Notes under the pieces: model-generated
The model's input: the letters and a program-made list of their open reading frames with translations, nothing else
The model's database searches: none
Told to the model about the DNA's origin: nothing
In this document: positions 36,665-47,476 of the stretch, piece after piece
Layout of the letters: each line of letters opens with the position of its first letter
Numbering within the stretch: the stretch's first letter is position 1
Made by a program: the position numbers and the translations under genes
Assembly (NCBI GenBank): GCA_963748625.1
Contig: CAVVJT010000003.1
Location: forward strand, 32,001 to 96,000
Source: an uncultured Chloroflexia bacterium
GTDB lineage: Bacteria > Chloroflexota > Limnocylindria > Limnocylindrales > CSP1-4
Length of the DNA stretch: 64,000 nucleotides
Direction: 5' to 3'

Positions 36665-39406
36665 CTAGGGTTTCGGGGTCGGCTTGTTGCCGCCGCCGTT
36701 GCCGCCGCCGTTGTTCCCAGCCGACGGCGCCGGAGACTCAGGTGGGAGCGACGGGCACGGCGAGAGCGGATCGGTGGACACGCAGACCGTCGGCGGTGGC
36801 GGACCGATGGGGCACTTCTTGGTGGGCACGAAGGCGCCGCCCCATGTCCGGCCGAACGGGTAGAACCCGCCACCGTAGAAGTACGCCGTCCGCGTCCGCT
36901 TCGGGCCGCCTGAGACGCCGGGGCCCTTGGCGGCGCGCTGCTGCCAGCCGATGTCGGCCTTCTGCCAGGACTTGAAGCCGGACTCGACCTTGGAGAAGTC
37001 CACGAACGTCTTGGACACCATCGGCCCGACGCAGCCTTCGCGCCAGAGCAGGCCGCTGGCCTGGTCGATGTCGGCCTTGCGCGCGATATCGCCCGTGGTC
37101 TCAGGCTGGGTGCCGGGGATGAAGAGCTCCTCGACGGTGCGCCTGGTCGAGGCGCCGGGGCGCATGCCCGTGAACGCGTCAACCTTCGCGGTGACGAGGC
37201 CCTTCGGCTTCACGCGGCTGAACTTGTCCACCGGATAGCCCTTGGAGACCTCGGACAGGATCGCCGACCAGAGAGGGGCGGACGTGTCGAGCGAGAGCTT
37301 GCCGTCGTTGGGCGTGCTGTCCGAGTTGCCCATCCAGACGCCGGCGACCAGGGCGGGCAGGTCCTTGTCCGCGGGCGGGGCCAGGTACCCGTAGGCATGC
37401 ACGTCCTTGTTGTCGCTCGTGGTACCCGTCTTGTACGCCGCAGGGCGGGACTTGTTGCCGTTGATGCCGTCGGTGATCTTCCACTTGCCCCAGAACGGGT
37501 TCACGCTCTCGATGGTGTTGCCGGCGAGGATGTCGGTGATGATGTACGCCGCCTGCCTGGACACCACGCGCTCGCCCTTGACCTCCACGCCCTCCTCGGG
37601 CCAGACCTGCTTGCCGTCCGCATCGACGACGCGGAGGATCGTGTGGCGCGGCATCCGGACACCGCCGTTCGCGATCGTCCCGAACGCGGTGATCATGTCG
37701 ATCGGGTGCACATCGAGCGTGCCGATGCTCTGCGACGCAACCGGTCCCGCGCTGGGGAGGTAGCTCAGCCCGAAGTCCTTGGTGCGGTTGAACTGGTGCT
37801 CGAGACCGTTGAGGAAGCCCGCCTTGATGGCCGGCACGTTGAGCGAGAACTGCAGGGCGCTACGCAGCCGGACGGGGCCGCGCTCCAGGCCGTCGGCCTG
37901 GATGGGGGTGAAGGGCGCGGCGCCTGCGGACGCGAAGTTGGTGACGACGTCCATGAACATGGTGGACGCGGTCATGGTCTTGTCGTCCACGCCGATCAGG
38001 TAGACGATCGGCTTGATTGACGAGCCGGGCTGACGCCAGCCGTCCGAGAGGACATCGAACTGGGGCTGGAACTTCTTGTTGCCCTTGCCCGTGTAGGACG
38101 CCGAACCCGCGTAGGCGAGGACCTCGCCGGTCCGGTAGTCCATCACCCCTGCGGCGTCGTTGTGGATGTTGTGGCCCCGGAGGCCCAGGATCCAGGACCA
38201 CTGGCTCTTGGGAATGCCGCGCGCCTTCAGGAGCGCCTGGGGGTCCTTCGCGTTGGGGATGATGGCAGCGGCGTGCGCCCACTTCTCGGTGATGCGCTGC
38301 ATGCGGTAGTCCAGCGTGGTGGTGACGGTGTAGCCCGCACTGTCGATCTTCTCGCACTGGGCTTCACCGCAGATGAGCTGCGAGAGCTCCTCGCGGACCT
38401 GCCAGACGAAGTGCGGAGCGCGCCACTGCTCGCCACCCTGCTCGGCCAGGATCACGGGCTCCACCTTGGCCGCCTCGTAGTCGGCGCTGGTGTACTTGCC
38501 CTGGAAGGCCTCGCTCGTCTTCGGTGAGCGGGTCTTCATGAACTCGAGGATCTGGTTGCGGCGCAGGACGACCGCGCTGTCCTGCGGGACGACGAGGCGG
38601 GTCTGCTCCTTGCCGTTTTCGTCGGTGTAGGTCTCCTCGACGGCGTTGAGCACCAGGTCGTAGTTGGAAGGGGATTTGGGGATCCCGGCCAGGATCGCCC
38701 ACTGGGCAAGCGAGAGGTCCTTGAGGTCCTTCTTCCAGTACGTCAGGGCCGCTGCCGCGGCGCCGTAGCTGCGGTTTCCGTAGTAGTTGTTGTTGAGGTA
38801 GGAGGTGATGATCGCCTGCTTGCCCTCATCGCCCGGATACGCCTCGGTGAGGCGGATCGACTGGATGATCTCCTTGAGCTTGCGCTGGTAGATGTCGGCA
38901 TCGGGCGACACGACATCTGCCGGAAGGAGCCGACTGCGCACGAGCTGCTGGGTGATCGTGGAGCCACCACGGTCATTGCCCTGGAGGGTGTCGATGGCCG
39001 CCGCCACGAAGGCGAGCGGATCGAAGCCGGAGTTCTCCCAGAAGGTCTTGTCCTCGATCGAGGTGGTGGCGTCCAGGAGCTCGGGCGGCACGGTGTCGTA
39101 CGTCACGAGCTCACGCCGGTCGGTGCCGAGCTTGGCGAGCATGACCTTGCCCGTGCGGTCATAGATCGTGGACTGCTGCGCGAACTCGATCGCCTCGAGG
39201 GCGCGCTTCGGATCCGGCAGGTCCTTCGCCAGGAACGAGTAGCCGGCCACCGCGAAGGTCGCGCCGGCCGCACCAAGGAGCAGCAGGGTGGTGAACAGGA
39301 AGAGCGGGATCGCCAGCGCGACGTACTTGACGGCGCCGGTGCCACGCGGGCGGCGCCGGGCGGCCTCACGGCGCTGGCGCTGCCTCCGGTTGAGGCTGGT
39401 CTGCAT
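36665..39406 (-). CDS. Class A penicillin-binding protein (PBP1A-like transglycosylase/transpeptidase)
   Basis: N-terminal TM, IEDK.F, GGSTITQQL, RKLKE, YLN..YYG, GSSIKP (SxxK), SLN, KTGT. Confidence 0.93.
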   Translation of the reverse strand: MQTSLNRRQRQRREAARRRPRGTGAVKYVALAIPLFLFTTLLLLGAAGATFAVAGYSFLAKDLPDPKRALEAIEFAQQSTIYDRTGKVMLAKLGTDRRELVTYDTVPPELLDATTSIEDKTFWENSGFDPLAFVAAAIDTLQGNDRGGSTITQQLVRSRLLPADVVSPDADIYQRKLKEIIQSIRLTEAYPGDEGKQAIITSYLNNNYYGNRSYGAAAAALTYWKKDLKDLSLAQWAILAGIPKSPSNYDLVLNAVEETYTDENGKEQTRLVVPQDSAVVLRRNQILEFMKTRSPKTSEAFQGKYTSADYEAAKVEPVILAEQGGEQWRAPHFVWQVREELSQLICGEAQCEKIDSAGYTVTTTLDYRMQRITEKWAHAAAIIPNAKDPQALLKARGIPKSQWSWILGLRGHNIHNDAAGVMDYRTGEVLAYAGSASYTGKGNKKFQPQFDVLSDGWRQPGSSIKPIVYLIGVDDKTMTASTMFMDVVTNFASAGAAPFTPIQADGLERGPVRLRSALQFSLNVPAIKAGFLNGLEHQFNRTKDFGLSYLPSAGPVASQSIGTLDVHPIDMITAFGTIANGGVRMPRHTILRVVDADGKQVWPEEGVEVKGERVVSRQAAYIITDILAGNTIESVNPFWGKWKITDGINGNKSRPAAYKTGTTSDNKDVHAYGYLAPPADKDLPALVAGVWMGNSDSTPNDGKLSLDTSAPLWSAILSEVSKGYPVDKFSRVKPKGLVTAKVDAFTGMRPGASTRRTVEELFIPGTQPETTGDIARKADIDQASGLLWREGCVGPMVSKTFVDFSKVESGFKSWQKADIGWQQRAAKGPGVSGGPKRTRTAYFYGGGFYPFGRTWGGAFVPTKKCPIGPPPPTVCVSTDPLSPCPSLPPESPAPSAGNNGGGNGGGNKPTPKP

Positions 39407-39498
39407 CGAGCGGAACGATACCATGCAGGGGTTGGACTGCCCGTTGCCCCCATCGAGCAGTCCGGTGACGCTCTTCCTGCATTGTGTGTGACGACCTG

Positions 39499-40812
39499 AT
39501 GACCGACACTCCCGGCGACGCGCTAGCCCCCGGCCTCGCGACGCTGCTCGACGACCTCGAGTGGCGCGGCATCCTGCACGCCACGACACCCGGCCTTGCC
39601 GAGCGGCTGGCGACCGGGCGGCCGATCAGCGCGTACATCGGGTTCGACCCCACCGCGGACTCGCTGCACATCGGGCACCTGATCCCGATCTTCGGTCTGC
39701 TGCGCCTCCAGCGGTGTGGCGGGAGGCCGGTGGCGCTCGTCGGTGGTGGAACGGGAATGATCGGCGACCCGTCGGGGAGGTCCACGGAGCGCAATCTGCT
39801 CGACCGGGAGACGCTTGCGCACAATGTGGCTGCCATCGGGGCGCAGCTCGCGCGCTTCCTCGACTTCAACCCGGGGCCCGCGCAGGCCGTGATGGCCAAC
39901 AACTTCGACTGGCTGGGCTCCATCTCGCTGATCGACTACCTGCGCGACGTGGGCAAGCACTTCTCGATCGGCTACATGATGGCCAAGGACTCGGTGCAGA
40001 CGCGCCTGGAGAAGGGCCTCTCCTTCACCGAGTTCAGCTACATGACGCTCCAGGCGTTCGACTTCGCGACCCTGTTCCGGGAGCACGGCGTCGAGATGCA
40101 GATGGGTGGCGCCGACCAGTGGGGGAACATCACCGCGGGCCTGGAGCTGATCCGGCGCACGTCGGGTGGCGGCGAGGAGAGCCCCGCACACGGCATCGCC
40201 TACAAGCTGCTGCTTTCGCCCTCGGGTGCGAAGTTCGGCAAGAGCGAGGCGGGCGAGTCGGTATGGCTCGATGCGGCGCGCACGACGCCCTACGCGTTCT
40301 ACCAGTACTGGGTGAACGTGGACGACCGGGATATCGGCACCTACCTGCGCTGGTTCACGCTCTGGGATCGCGCGGAGATCGAGTTGCTGGACGCCGAGGT
40401 CGCCGCGCACCCCGAGATGCGCGAGGCGCAGAAGCGGCTCGCCTTCGACATCACGGCCCGCTGCCACGGCGAGGCGGCGGCGCAGGAGGCGGTGGCCGTG
40501 TCCGTGGCGCTCTTCCAGCGCGAGCCCGTGACGGATCCCGCCCTTCTCGCTGCGGTCCATGCGGCAACCAGGGGCGCGACGCTGGCACCGGAGCTGGTGG
40601 CAGCGGGCGCCGCGGTGCTCCTGGCGGAGGCCGGGCTGGCGCCGTCCCGGGGCGAGGCACGCCGCCTGGTCCAGGGTGGCGCGATCACGGTCAACGGCGA
40701 ACGCATCACGGATGCCATCGCGCCGCTCCCGGCACCGCTGGCCGGGGAGTGGCTGGAAGTCCGTGTGGGCAAGCGCAACCGGACTGTCGTTCGGGTGGCA
40801 GGCCCCGCCTGA
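39499..40812 (+). CDS. tyrS: Tyrosine--tRNA ligase
   Basis: GFDPTADSLHIGH, EFSY..LQ..D, GG.DQWGNI, KFGKS, C-terminal S4 domain. Confidence 0.98.
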   Translation: MTDTPGDALAPGLATLLDDLEWRGILHATTPGLAERLATGRPISAYIGFDPTADSLHIGHLIPIFGLLRLQRCGGRPVALVGGGTGMIGDPSGRSTERNLLDRETLAHNVAAIGAQLARFLDFNPGPAQAVMANNFDWLGSISLIDYLRDVGKHFSIGYMMAKDSVQTRLEKGLSFTEFSYMTLQAFDFATLFREHGVEMQMGGADQWGNITAGLELIRRTSGGGEESPAHGIAYKLLLSPSGAKFGKSEAGESVWLDAARTTPYAFYQYWVNVDDRDIGTYLRWFTLWDRAEIELLDAEVAAHPEMREAQKRLAFDITARCHGEAAAQEAVAVSVALFQREPVTDPALLAAVHAATRGATLAPELVAAGAAVLLAEAGLAPSRGEARRLVQGGAITVNGERITDAIAPLPAPLAGEWLEVRVGKRNRTVVRVAGPA

Positions 40813-40848
40813 TCGCGAGCGGCCGTCAGGGGTCGCTGGGTCGGGCGG

Positions 40849-41616
40849 TCAACCCCGCCCGGCGTCCCCGTGGCGACCACGCAGGACCTCGATCACCTCG
40901 CCCGGCTCCATCCCGCGCTCCGCGAGCAGCACCAGCGCGTGGTACACGAGGTCGCCGGCCTCGCCCGCGAGCAGCTCGCGCGTGGTGGCGCGTCCGACCC
41001 CCGCAGCCTGCGCCGCCTCGTCGTTCTTCGCCGCCAGCAGCACTTCGGTGGCCTCCTCAGCCACCTTCCGTCCGGCGAGGTCCACGCCCCCCTCGAGCAG
41101 CGTGACGGTGTACGAGCCCCTCGGGCGGGTCTGCGCCCGACCCGCGATCGTGGTCCACAGGGACTCCAGCCAGCCGAATCCCTGCGGAGCCGGACCTGGC
41201 GCCCCGGCTCGTTCGACGGGCACCTCCGCGGCGGCATGCCCGGCCACCGCGCCCGACAGGGCGTCGGGATCGAAGCAGGAGCGCGTCTCGCGATGGCACG
41301 TCGGACCGGCGGGCTCAGCCCCGATCAGCAGTGCGTCGCCATCGCAGTCGAGGGCCAGCGAGCGGAGCCGGAGCACGTTGCCCGACGACTCGCCCTTGCG
41401 CCACAGCTTGCCGCGCGACCGGGAGTGGAAGTGGACCTCGCCCGTGCCCAGGGTGGCAGCCAGTGCCTCCACGTCGAGCCAGCCGACCATCAGGACGCGC
41501 CCATCGGCCACATCCTGGACCACCCCTGCGACCAGGCCCGAGGTGTCCCAGCGCACGACCTCGGGATCGAGGCCTGCCTCGAGGTCGACGGGACCGGGTT
41601 GCGTGCCGGGAGTCAT
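40849..41616 (-). CDS. hisIE: Bifunctional phosphoribosyl-AMP cyclohydrolase / phosphoribosyl-ATP diphosphatase
   Basis: SRSR..LW.KGESSG, DCDGD, CH....CF; SYT..L, KV.EEA.E, E.GDL.YH. Confidence 0.95.
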   Translation of the reverse strand: MTPGTQPGPVDLEAGLDPEVVRWDTSGLVAGVVQDVADGRVLMVGWLDVEALAATLGTGEVHFHSRSRGKLWRKGESSGNVLRLRSLALDCDGDALLIGAEPAGPTCHRETRSCFDPDALSGAVAGHAAAEVPVERAGAPGPAPQGFGWLESLWTTIAGRAQTRPRGSYTVTLLEGGVDLAGRKVAEEATEVLLAAKNDEAAQAAGVGRATTRELLAGEAGDLVYHALVLLAERGMEPGEVIEVLRGRHGDAGRG

Positions 41617-42407
41617 GCGTCGTTCTCCTGGGGGAGCATGCGGACCGCGAGGCCGGCGGCGGCCATCACGGCCTTGACCTGCGCGATCGTGTACTCGTTG
41701 CGATGGAAGATGCTCGCCGCGAGGACGGCGTCGGCGCCACCGTCGCGGATCGCCTCGACGAAGTGGTCCGGACCGGCAGCCCCGCCCGACGCGATCACCG
41801 GAACCTCCACCCGCGAGCTGATGGCCCGCAGGAGAACGGTGTCGAAGCCGGACTTCGTGCCGTCACGATCGATGGACGTGACGAGCAGCTCGCCGGCGCC
41901 GAGTGCGACGGCCCGCAGCGACCAGGCGATGGCGTCGAGGCCCACCGACTCGCGGCCGCCGTTCACGACGACCTCGAAGCCCGACGGGATCGTGGCGGAC
42001 ACGGGCACGCGGCGGGCGTCGATGGCCACCACCACCGCCTGGGCCCCGAAGCGCGCCGAGCAGCGGGTGACCAGGTCGGGATCGGCGACCGCGCGGGTGT
42101 TGAGCGACACCTTGTCGGCGCCGGCGCGCAGCACGTCCCGCATGTCCTCCACGGAGCGCACGCCACCGCCCACCGTGAGCGGGATGAACGCGCGCCGCGC
42201 GGTCCGCTCCACGATGTCGAGCAGCGTGCCGCGGCCCTCCGGGGCAGCGGAGATGTCGAGGTAGACGATCTCGTCCGCGCCCTCGCGCGCGTAGCGCTCA
42301 GCGAGCTCGGGAGGATCGCCCTCATCCACGAGGTTCACGAAGTTGGTGCCCTTGACGACGCGCCCGTTCGCGACGTCGAGGCAGGGGATGACGCGCCTGC
42401 ACAGCAT
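41613..42407 (-). CDS. hisF: Imidazole glycerol phosphate synthase subunit HisF
   Basis: [38 protein letters not shown]. Confidence 0.97.
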   Translation of the reverse strand: MLCRRVIPCLDVANGRVVKGTNFVNLVDEGDPPELAERYAREGADEIVYLDISAAPEGRGTLLDIVERTARRAFIPLTVGGGVRSVEDMRDVLRAGADKVSLNTRAVADPDLVTRCSARFGAQAVVVAIDARRVPVSATIPSGFEVVVNGGRESVGLDAIAWSLRAVALGAGELLVTSIDRDGTKSGFDTVLLRAISSRVEVPVIASGGAAGPDHFVEAIRDGGADAVLAASIFHRNEYTIAQVKAVMAAAGLAVRMLPQENDA

Positions 42408-43030
42408 CAGGCTGCCCCCGCCAGTTGGACGACGTTCGCGACGAGCCGCAGACCGTTGTCGCCGGATCGCTCGGGGTGGAACTGCACGCCGAGCAGACGC
42501 CCGCGCGCGACCGCCGAGACGAACGTCCGGCCATGGTCGGTCTCGGCAAGGACGACCGCGTCAGCGTCGGGACCTGACGGCGCAGCCACGTACGAGTGCA
42601 CGAAGTAGAAGTCGGCCCCCGATGCGATCCCCGCGAAGGCCGGGTGGTCGTGGCGGCGCACGACCTGGTTCCAGCCGATGTGGGGCAGGGTGGGCGCACC
42701 TTGGAGCCGGACGGTCCGCCCGGGCAGGATCCCGAGGGTCTGCGCGCCGTCCTCGTCGCTGCCGTCGAACAGCAGCTGGAGGCCCAGGCAGATGCCCAGC
42801 AGAGGGCGATCGTCTGCGATCCACGCCCGGATGGGCTCGACGAAGCCACCCGCGCGCAGGCGGTCCATCGCCGGCGCGGCCGCCCCCACGCCCGGAACGA
42901 CGAGCAGGTCCGGGTCGCCGATGTCGGCGGCGTTGACGGCCCGACGCACACGGGCGCCGGCCGCGACGAGCGCCTGCTCGATGGAGACGAGGTTCCCGGC
43001 CCCGTAGTCCACGACCACCGCGTCGGTCAC
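42407..43030 (-). CDS. hisH: Imidazole glycerol phosphate synthase subunit HisH
   Basis: DYGAGN, PGVG, GICLG.Q, PHIGWN, YFVHSY, QFHPE. Confidence 0.96.
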   Translation of the reverse strand: MTDAVVVDYGAGNLVSIEQALVAAGARVRRAVNAADIGDPDLLVVPGVGAAAPAMDRLRAGGFVEPIRAWIADDRPLLGICLGLQLLFDGSDEDGAQTLGILPGRTVRLQGAPTLPHIGWNQVVRRHDHPAFAGIASGADFYFVHSYVAAPSGPDADAVVLAETDHGRTFVSAVARGRLLGVQFHPERSGDNGLRLVANVVQLAGAA

Positions 43031-43653
43031 CCGAGCGATCCCTTGGTGCTTGCGACACCGGTCCGCCGTGGATCCGCCTCGCACGCGATGCGCAGCGCGC
43101 GCCCGAGCGCCTTGAAGGCTGCCTCGCCCAGGTGGTGGTCGTTGCGGCCCGAGCCGCGCAGGTTGAGCGTGGCTCCCGCGGTCCGCGTGAACGACTCGAG
43201 AGCATGCTCGACCAGTTGCAGCGGGAGCGTGCCAGCACGCTCGGCCCGGAACGGCAGGTCGATCACGGCGTAGGGTCTGCCACCGATGTCGATCACCGCT
43301 GTGGCCACGGCCTCGTCCATCGGCACGGCGCTGTCGCCGAACCGGCGGATGCCCGCCCGATCGCCCAGCGCCTCGGAGAAGGCGGCGCCGAGCACGAGGG
43401 CGGTGTCCTCCACGGTGTGATGCTCGTCCACCTGGAGGTCACCGGCGCACCGGATCTCCAGGTCGAACAATCCGTGGTGGGCCATCGATCCCAGGAGGTG
43501 GTCATAGAAGCCGACGCCCGTGGCGATGTCGGCCTTGCCACTGCCATCGAGGTCGAGGGCGACGGTGATATCGGTCTCGCGCGTGCGACGTGCCACGCGG
43601 ACGCGGCGGCCCTCGCGCTCGAGCACGTCGAGCGTGCCCAGGGGCGTGGTCAT
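43027..43653 (-). CDS. hisB: Imidazoleglycerol-phosphate dehydratase
   Basis: RRTRET, DH.L, DEHHTVED, PMDE, NDHH..EA.FK, STKG. Confidence 0.97.
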   Translation of the reverse strand: MTTPLGTLDVLEREGRRVRVARRTRETDITVALDLDGSGKADIATGVGFYDHLLGSMAHHGLFDLEIRCAGDLQVDEHHTVEDTALVLGAAFSEALGDRAGIRRFGDSAVPMDEAVATAVIDIGGRPYAVIDLPFRAERAGTLPLQLVEHALESFTRTAGATLNLRGSGRNDHHLGEAAFKALGRALRIACEADPRRTGVASTKGSLG

Positions 43654-44819
43654 GCGGGATCTCCTGAGACGGGGATGGCGGGCAGGGTGGGAGCGATCTC
43701 GGCTGCGGCCGCAAGGAAGCGGTCGTTCTCCTCCGGATCGCGCACGGTGATGCGGATGCAATGCGCAAGGGGGTGGCCGGCGCCGAAGGTGCGCGGGACG
43801 AGGCCCCGGGCCATCAGGGCCAGGGCCGCGGCCTCGGAACGCTGCGGCGTGGCGAGGTCGAGCAGGATGAAGTTCGTCACGCTGGGCTGCGGATCCCAGC
43901 CGAGCGCGGCGAGCCCGCGCGCAACCCGCGGCAGCTCCCGTTCGACGCGGTCCACGTTGGCGTGCATCGCGTCCTGCTCCTCGAGGGCGGCCGTCACCGC
44001 GGTGACGGACACCGTGCTGATCGAGCCCGGGGGCCGGTAGAGCGCGATGCGCTCGATGGTCGCGGGCACTCCGACGGCGAACCCGACACGCAAGCCGGCG
44101 AGCGCGTAGGCCTTCGAGGCTGTGCGCACGGCGACGAGGTTCGGGAAGCGGGTCCGGAGCGGGATCACCGACACGCCGGTGAACTCGCTGTAGGCCTCGT
44201 CAACGACAACGGCCGGTACCGCGCGGCCATCGGCGGCGGCGTCGGCTGCGATGCCCTCGAGCAGGGACTCGATGGCGCCGGCGGGCTCGAGGCGTCCCGT
44301 GGGATTGTTCGGGTTGCAGATCCAGACGAGGCTCGCATCCCTCGCGGCCACCCGCACGGCGGGCACGTCCATGGCCCAGCCCGCGTCCTTGCCCAGCCGC
44401 TGTACCGCGATCACCCGTCCTCCTCGCTGCTCGGCGTGGATCCGGTACATGGCATATGTGGGCACCGAGACCACCGCGCCCGCCCCGGCGGGCAGGAACG
44501 CCTTGGTGCAGAGGTCCAGGATCTCGTCGGCGCCGGCGCCCGGGACGATCTCGTCAGAGGCGACGCCGTAGACCTTGGCCGCAGCCTCCACGAGCCTGCG
44601 ATAGTCCCCGGGCGGGTACTCGGACAGGGGCGTCTCGAACCGGCCGGCCTGGAGCACCCGCGCCAGGAGGTCCGGCGGAGAAGGCGATGTGTTGAGATCG
44701 AAGCGGAGGACTTGCTCGATCGGGATGCCGAACCGGGCGGCGACGCTCTCGTTGGTCGCCTCCCAGGCATAGGAGGCCGGGTCGGTCGGCGAGGTCACCG
44801 CGAACGGGCTCGTGGTCAT
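43650..44819 (-). CDS. hisC: Histidinol-phosphate aminotransferase
   Basis: GADE, PTYAMY, CNPNNPTG, VDEAY, RT.SK.Y.LAGLRVG. Confidence 0.92.
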   Translation of the reverse strand: MTTSPFAVTSPTDPASYAWEATNESVAARFGIPIEQVLRFDLNTSPSPPDLLARVLQAGRFETPLSEYPPGDYRRLVEAAAKVYGVASDEIVPGAGADEILDLCTKAFLPAGAGAVVSVPTYAMYRIHAEQRGGRVIAVQRLGKDAGWAMDVPAVRVAARDASLVWICNPNNPTGRLEPAGAIESLLEGIAADAAADGRAVPAVVVDEAYSEFTGVSVIPLRTRFPNLVAVRTASKAYALAGLRVGFAVGVPATIERIALYRPPGSISTVSVTAVTAALEEQDAMHANVDRVERELPRVARGLAALGWDPQPSVTNFILLDLATPQRSEAAALALMARGLVPRTFGAGHPLAHCIRITVRDPEENDRFLAAAAEIAPTLPAIPVSGDPA

Positions 44820-46177
44820 CGGTTCTCCTCCGCGGCCGCGTCTTGCTCGAAACGCACCTCCACCGCGTCACGGTGGGCAAGGAGGCCCTCGGCCTCCGCG
44901 AGGGTGCGGATGGACGGGCGCAGCGCCGCAAGGCCCTCGCGGGTGATGCGCTGCACCTGGTTGAACTTGCCGAACGTCTCCACGGCGAGCGGCCCGCAGC
45001 TGCGGGCGAGGCCGCCCGTGGGCAGGACGTGGTTGGCGCCCGACGCATAGTCACCGGCCGACTCGGGCGACCAGCGGCCCACGAAGATGGAGCCCGCGTT
45101 GCGGATCGCGCCGACGGCTGCCTCAAGATCCTCAACCTCCACCGAGAGGTGCTCGGGTCCATAGCCGTTGACGAAGTCGATACCGCTGGCCACGTCGGGC
45201 ACGAGGACGATGCGCCCGTGGTCGGCGAGGGCCTTGGCGAGGATGTCCCGGCGCAGCGCAGTCGCGAGCCGCCGGTTCACCTCCGCCTCGACAGCGTCGG
45301 CGAGCGCGACATCCGGCGTGACCAGGAGGGCGGGGGAGTCCACGCCATGCTCAGCCTGCGTGATGAGGTCGGCAGCGACGGTGGCGGCGTCTGCGGAGGC
45401 ATCGGCCAGGACCAGGCCTTCCGACGGTCCGGCGGGGAGATCGATGCCCACCTCACCGACGACCTCGATCTTGGCAGCGGTCACCCAGGCGGACCCGGGG
45501 CCAACGATCAGGTCCACGGGCTCGAGGCCGTCGTCGGGCAGGCCGTATGTGAGCGCACCGATCGCCTGGACACCACCTGCGACCAGCAGGGCATCCACGC
45601 CGAGGAGGCCTGCGGCGCCCAGCAGCACCGGGTGGACATTGCCCTCGCGATCGGCGGGGGATGCGACCACGACCGCACCCACGCCCGCGACCCGAGCCGG
45701 GACGACGGTCATGACCAGGGACGAGGGATAGGGCGCGGAGCCGCCAGGCACGTAGGCGCCCGCACGCGCGACCGGCATCCACCGGCGCTCCAGCTCCACG
45801 CCCGGGATGATCGTCGTGCGCTGGGAGTGGGGGCGCTGAGCCTCGGCGAACCGGCGCACGTTGGCGATGGCCACCTCGAGCGCGGCCCGCTCCGCTGGCC
45901 GGAGGGCATCGGCGGCAGCGAGGAGCTCGTGGCGACTGAGCAGCAGCCGGCCGTCGGGGCGCCCGCCGCCGAAGCGGGCGGAGGCCTCACGCACGGCGGT
46001 GGCGCCACGCTCGCGCACGTCGGCAAGGATGCGGCGCGTCGCCTCGCGGACGGCAGGATCAGGCACGGCGCCGCGGCGGAAGAGGGCATCGCGGGCGGCG
46101 AGCACGGCCTGGTCGGGGTCACGCAGGTCCAGGCGCGCGAGGCGGACGGTCGGTGCGGTGGAGGCGCCGTCGGTCAT
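44816..46177 (-). CDS. hisD: Histidinol dehydrogenase
   Basis: YVPGG...YPSS, GG.QAI.A, AGPSE, QAEH, PEHL, GDY.SG.NHVLPT. Confidence 0.97.
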   Translation of the reverse strand: MTDGASTAPTVRLARLDLRDPDQAVLAARDALFRRGAVPDPAVREATRRILADVRERGATAVREASARFGGGRPDGRLLLSRHELLAAADALRPAERAALEVAIANVRRFAEAQRPHSQRTTIIPGVELERRWMPVARAGAYVPGGSAPYPSSLVMTVVPARVAGVGAVVVASPADREGNVHPVLLGAAGLLGVDALLVAGGVQAIGALTYGLPDDGLEPVDLIVGPGSAWVTAAKIEVVGEVGIDLPAGPSEGLVLADASADAATVAADLITQAEHGVDSPALLVTPDVALADAVEAEVNRRLATALRRDILAKALADHGRIVLVPDVASGIDFVNGYGPEHLSVEVEDLEAAVGAIRNAGSIFVGRWSPESAGDYASGANHVLPTGGLARSCGPLAVETFGKFNQVQRITREGLAALRPSIRTLAEAEGLLAHRDAVEVRFEQDAAAEENR

Positions 46178-47034
46178 GGGAGGATCTTCTCGATGGGCAG
46201 GACGAGGATGCCGGAAGCGCCCGCAGCCTTGAGGCGCGGCAGCAGGCCCCAGACCTCGTCGGCGGCGACGACAGCATGGATCGCGATCATCCCGGCATGC
46301 GCGAGCGGGATCACGGACGGGGACTCGAGGCCTGGCAGGAGGTCCTCGAGCTCGGCCAGCTTGGTTGCCGGGGCGTTCATCATCAGGTACTTGCGACCGC
46401 GGGCCGCGATGACGGAGCCCAGCATCGTCACGATGCCGTCGAGCTCATCGGGGTGCTGGCGGGCGGCCGCCGGGCTCGTGAGGAGCACCGCCTCGGACGC
46501 AAGGATGTCGCCGATCGCGCGCAGGCCGTTCATGGCCAAGGTGGAGCCCGTCGAGACGAGGTCCACGATCCCGTCCGCGAGTCCCAGCCGCGGTGCAACC
46601 TCGACGGCACCGGACAGGGAGATCACCTCGACGGAGATCCCCTGGTCGGCGAAGAACGTCCGGGCGACGTGGGGGTGCGAGGTGGCGATCCTGGTGCCCC
46701 CGAGGTCGGCGATGGCCTCGTAGGGGGAGTCCGCCGGCACAGCGGCGGCGAGACGGCACCGCCCGTAGCCAAGACGCCGGAGGACCGGGAGCTCGATCCC
46801 ACTCTCGGCAAGGATGTCGCCGCCGGTGATGCCGGCCTCCGCGACCCCGTCGTTGACGAACTCGATCACGTCGCCGGTGCGGACGAAGAGGATGTCGAGC
46901 GGGTGGTTCTGCACGCGCGCCATGAGGCTGCGGTCGGAGGCCTCGAACACCAGCCCCGCATCGCGCAGGAGGGTGATCGTGGCTTCCTGGAGGCGGCCCT
47001 TGTTGGGAACCGCCAGGCGCAGGCGATCCCTCAT
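46174..47034 (-). CDS. hisG: ATP phosphoribosyltransferase (long form)
   Basis: A.PNKGRL, GITG.D, LGYG.CRL, GAVE.AP, DLVSTG.TL, C-terminal regulatory domain (SP.V.PL). Confidence 0.96.
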   Translation of the reverse strand: MRDRLRLAVPNKGRLQEATITLLRDAGLVFEASDRSLMARVQNHPLDILFVRTGDVIEFVNDGVAEAGITGGDILAESGIELPVLRRLGYGRCRLAAAVPADSPYEAIADLGGTRIATSHPHVARTFFADQGISVEVISLSGAVEVAPRLGLADGIVDLVSTGSTLAMNGLRAIGDILASEAVLLTSPAAARQHPDELDGIVTMLGSVIAARGRKYLMMNAPATKLAELEDLLPGLESPSVIPLAHAGMIAIHAVVAADEVWGLLPRLKAAGASGILVLPIEKILP

Positions 47035-47357
47035 CGCTCGGTGCCGAGTGGGTAGGGGGTCTCGCCGGTGGCGCCCTTGAAGCGCTCGAGCATCGCCCGA
47101 TAGCCCCCTTCGCCGTGGTTGAGCCACGAGGCGATGCGGGTGATGGTGGCGGTGCTCGCGCCGGTCCTCTTGGAGATGTCGGCGTAGTGGAGGCCGGCGT
47201 CGAGCATGCGGACGACCGCCCAGCGCTGGGCCATGTCATGCAGCTCGCCGAGCGTGCACAGGTCACGCAGGAAGGCCTCAGCACCCTCGCGCGAGTCGAG
47301 GCGCAGGATCGCCTCAACGAGCGCCTCGGTGTCCGGCGTCCGCCAGTCTTCAGCCAC
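47031..47357 (-). CDS. YerC/YecD family TrpR-related regulator (HisR-like)
   Basis: FLRDLCT..E...MAQRW.V..ML..G..Y..I...TGASTATITR....L..G.GGY. Confidence 0.92.
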   Translation of the reverse strand: MAEDWRTPDTEALVEAILRLDSREGAEAFLRDLCTLGELHDMAQRWAVVRMLDAGLHYADISKRTGASTATITRIASWLNHGEGGYRAMLERFKGATGETPYPLGTER

Positions 47358-47430
47358 GGGTCTGTCCAGCCTCCACGGTGCTCCGATGCTTGAGGTTGTG
47401 CATGTCCGACACTGTCGGACCGCAGAGTGA

Positions 47431-47468
47431 CATGCTACCGTAGTAGCGTAGTAAAACGCTAGCACATG
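47431..47468. promoter_or_regulatory. Tandem TrpR-family-type operator in divergent yerC-his / hisA promoter region
   Basis: TA cores at 47436, 47444, 47452, 47460 (8-bp period); overlapping dyads GCTAC-cgta-GTAGC and TAGCGT-agtaaa-ACGCTA. Confidence 0.6.
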
Positions 47469-47476
47469 GGGACTGC

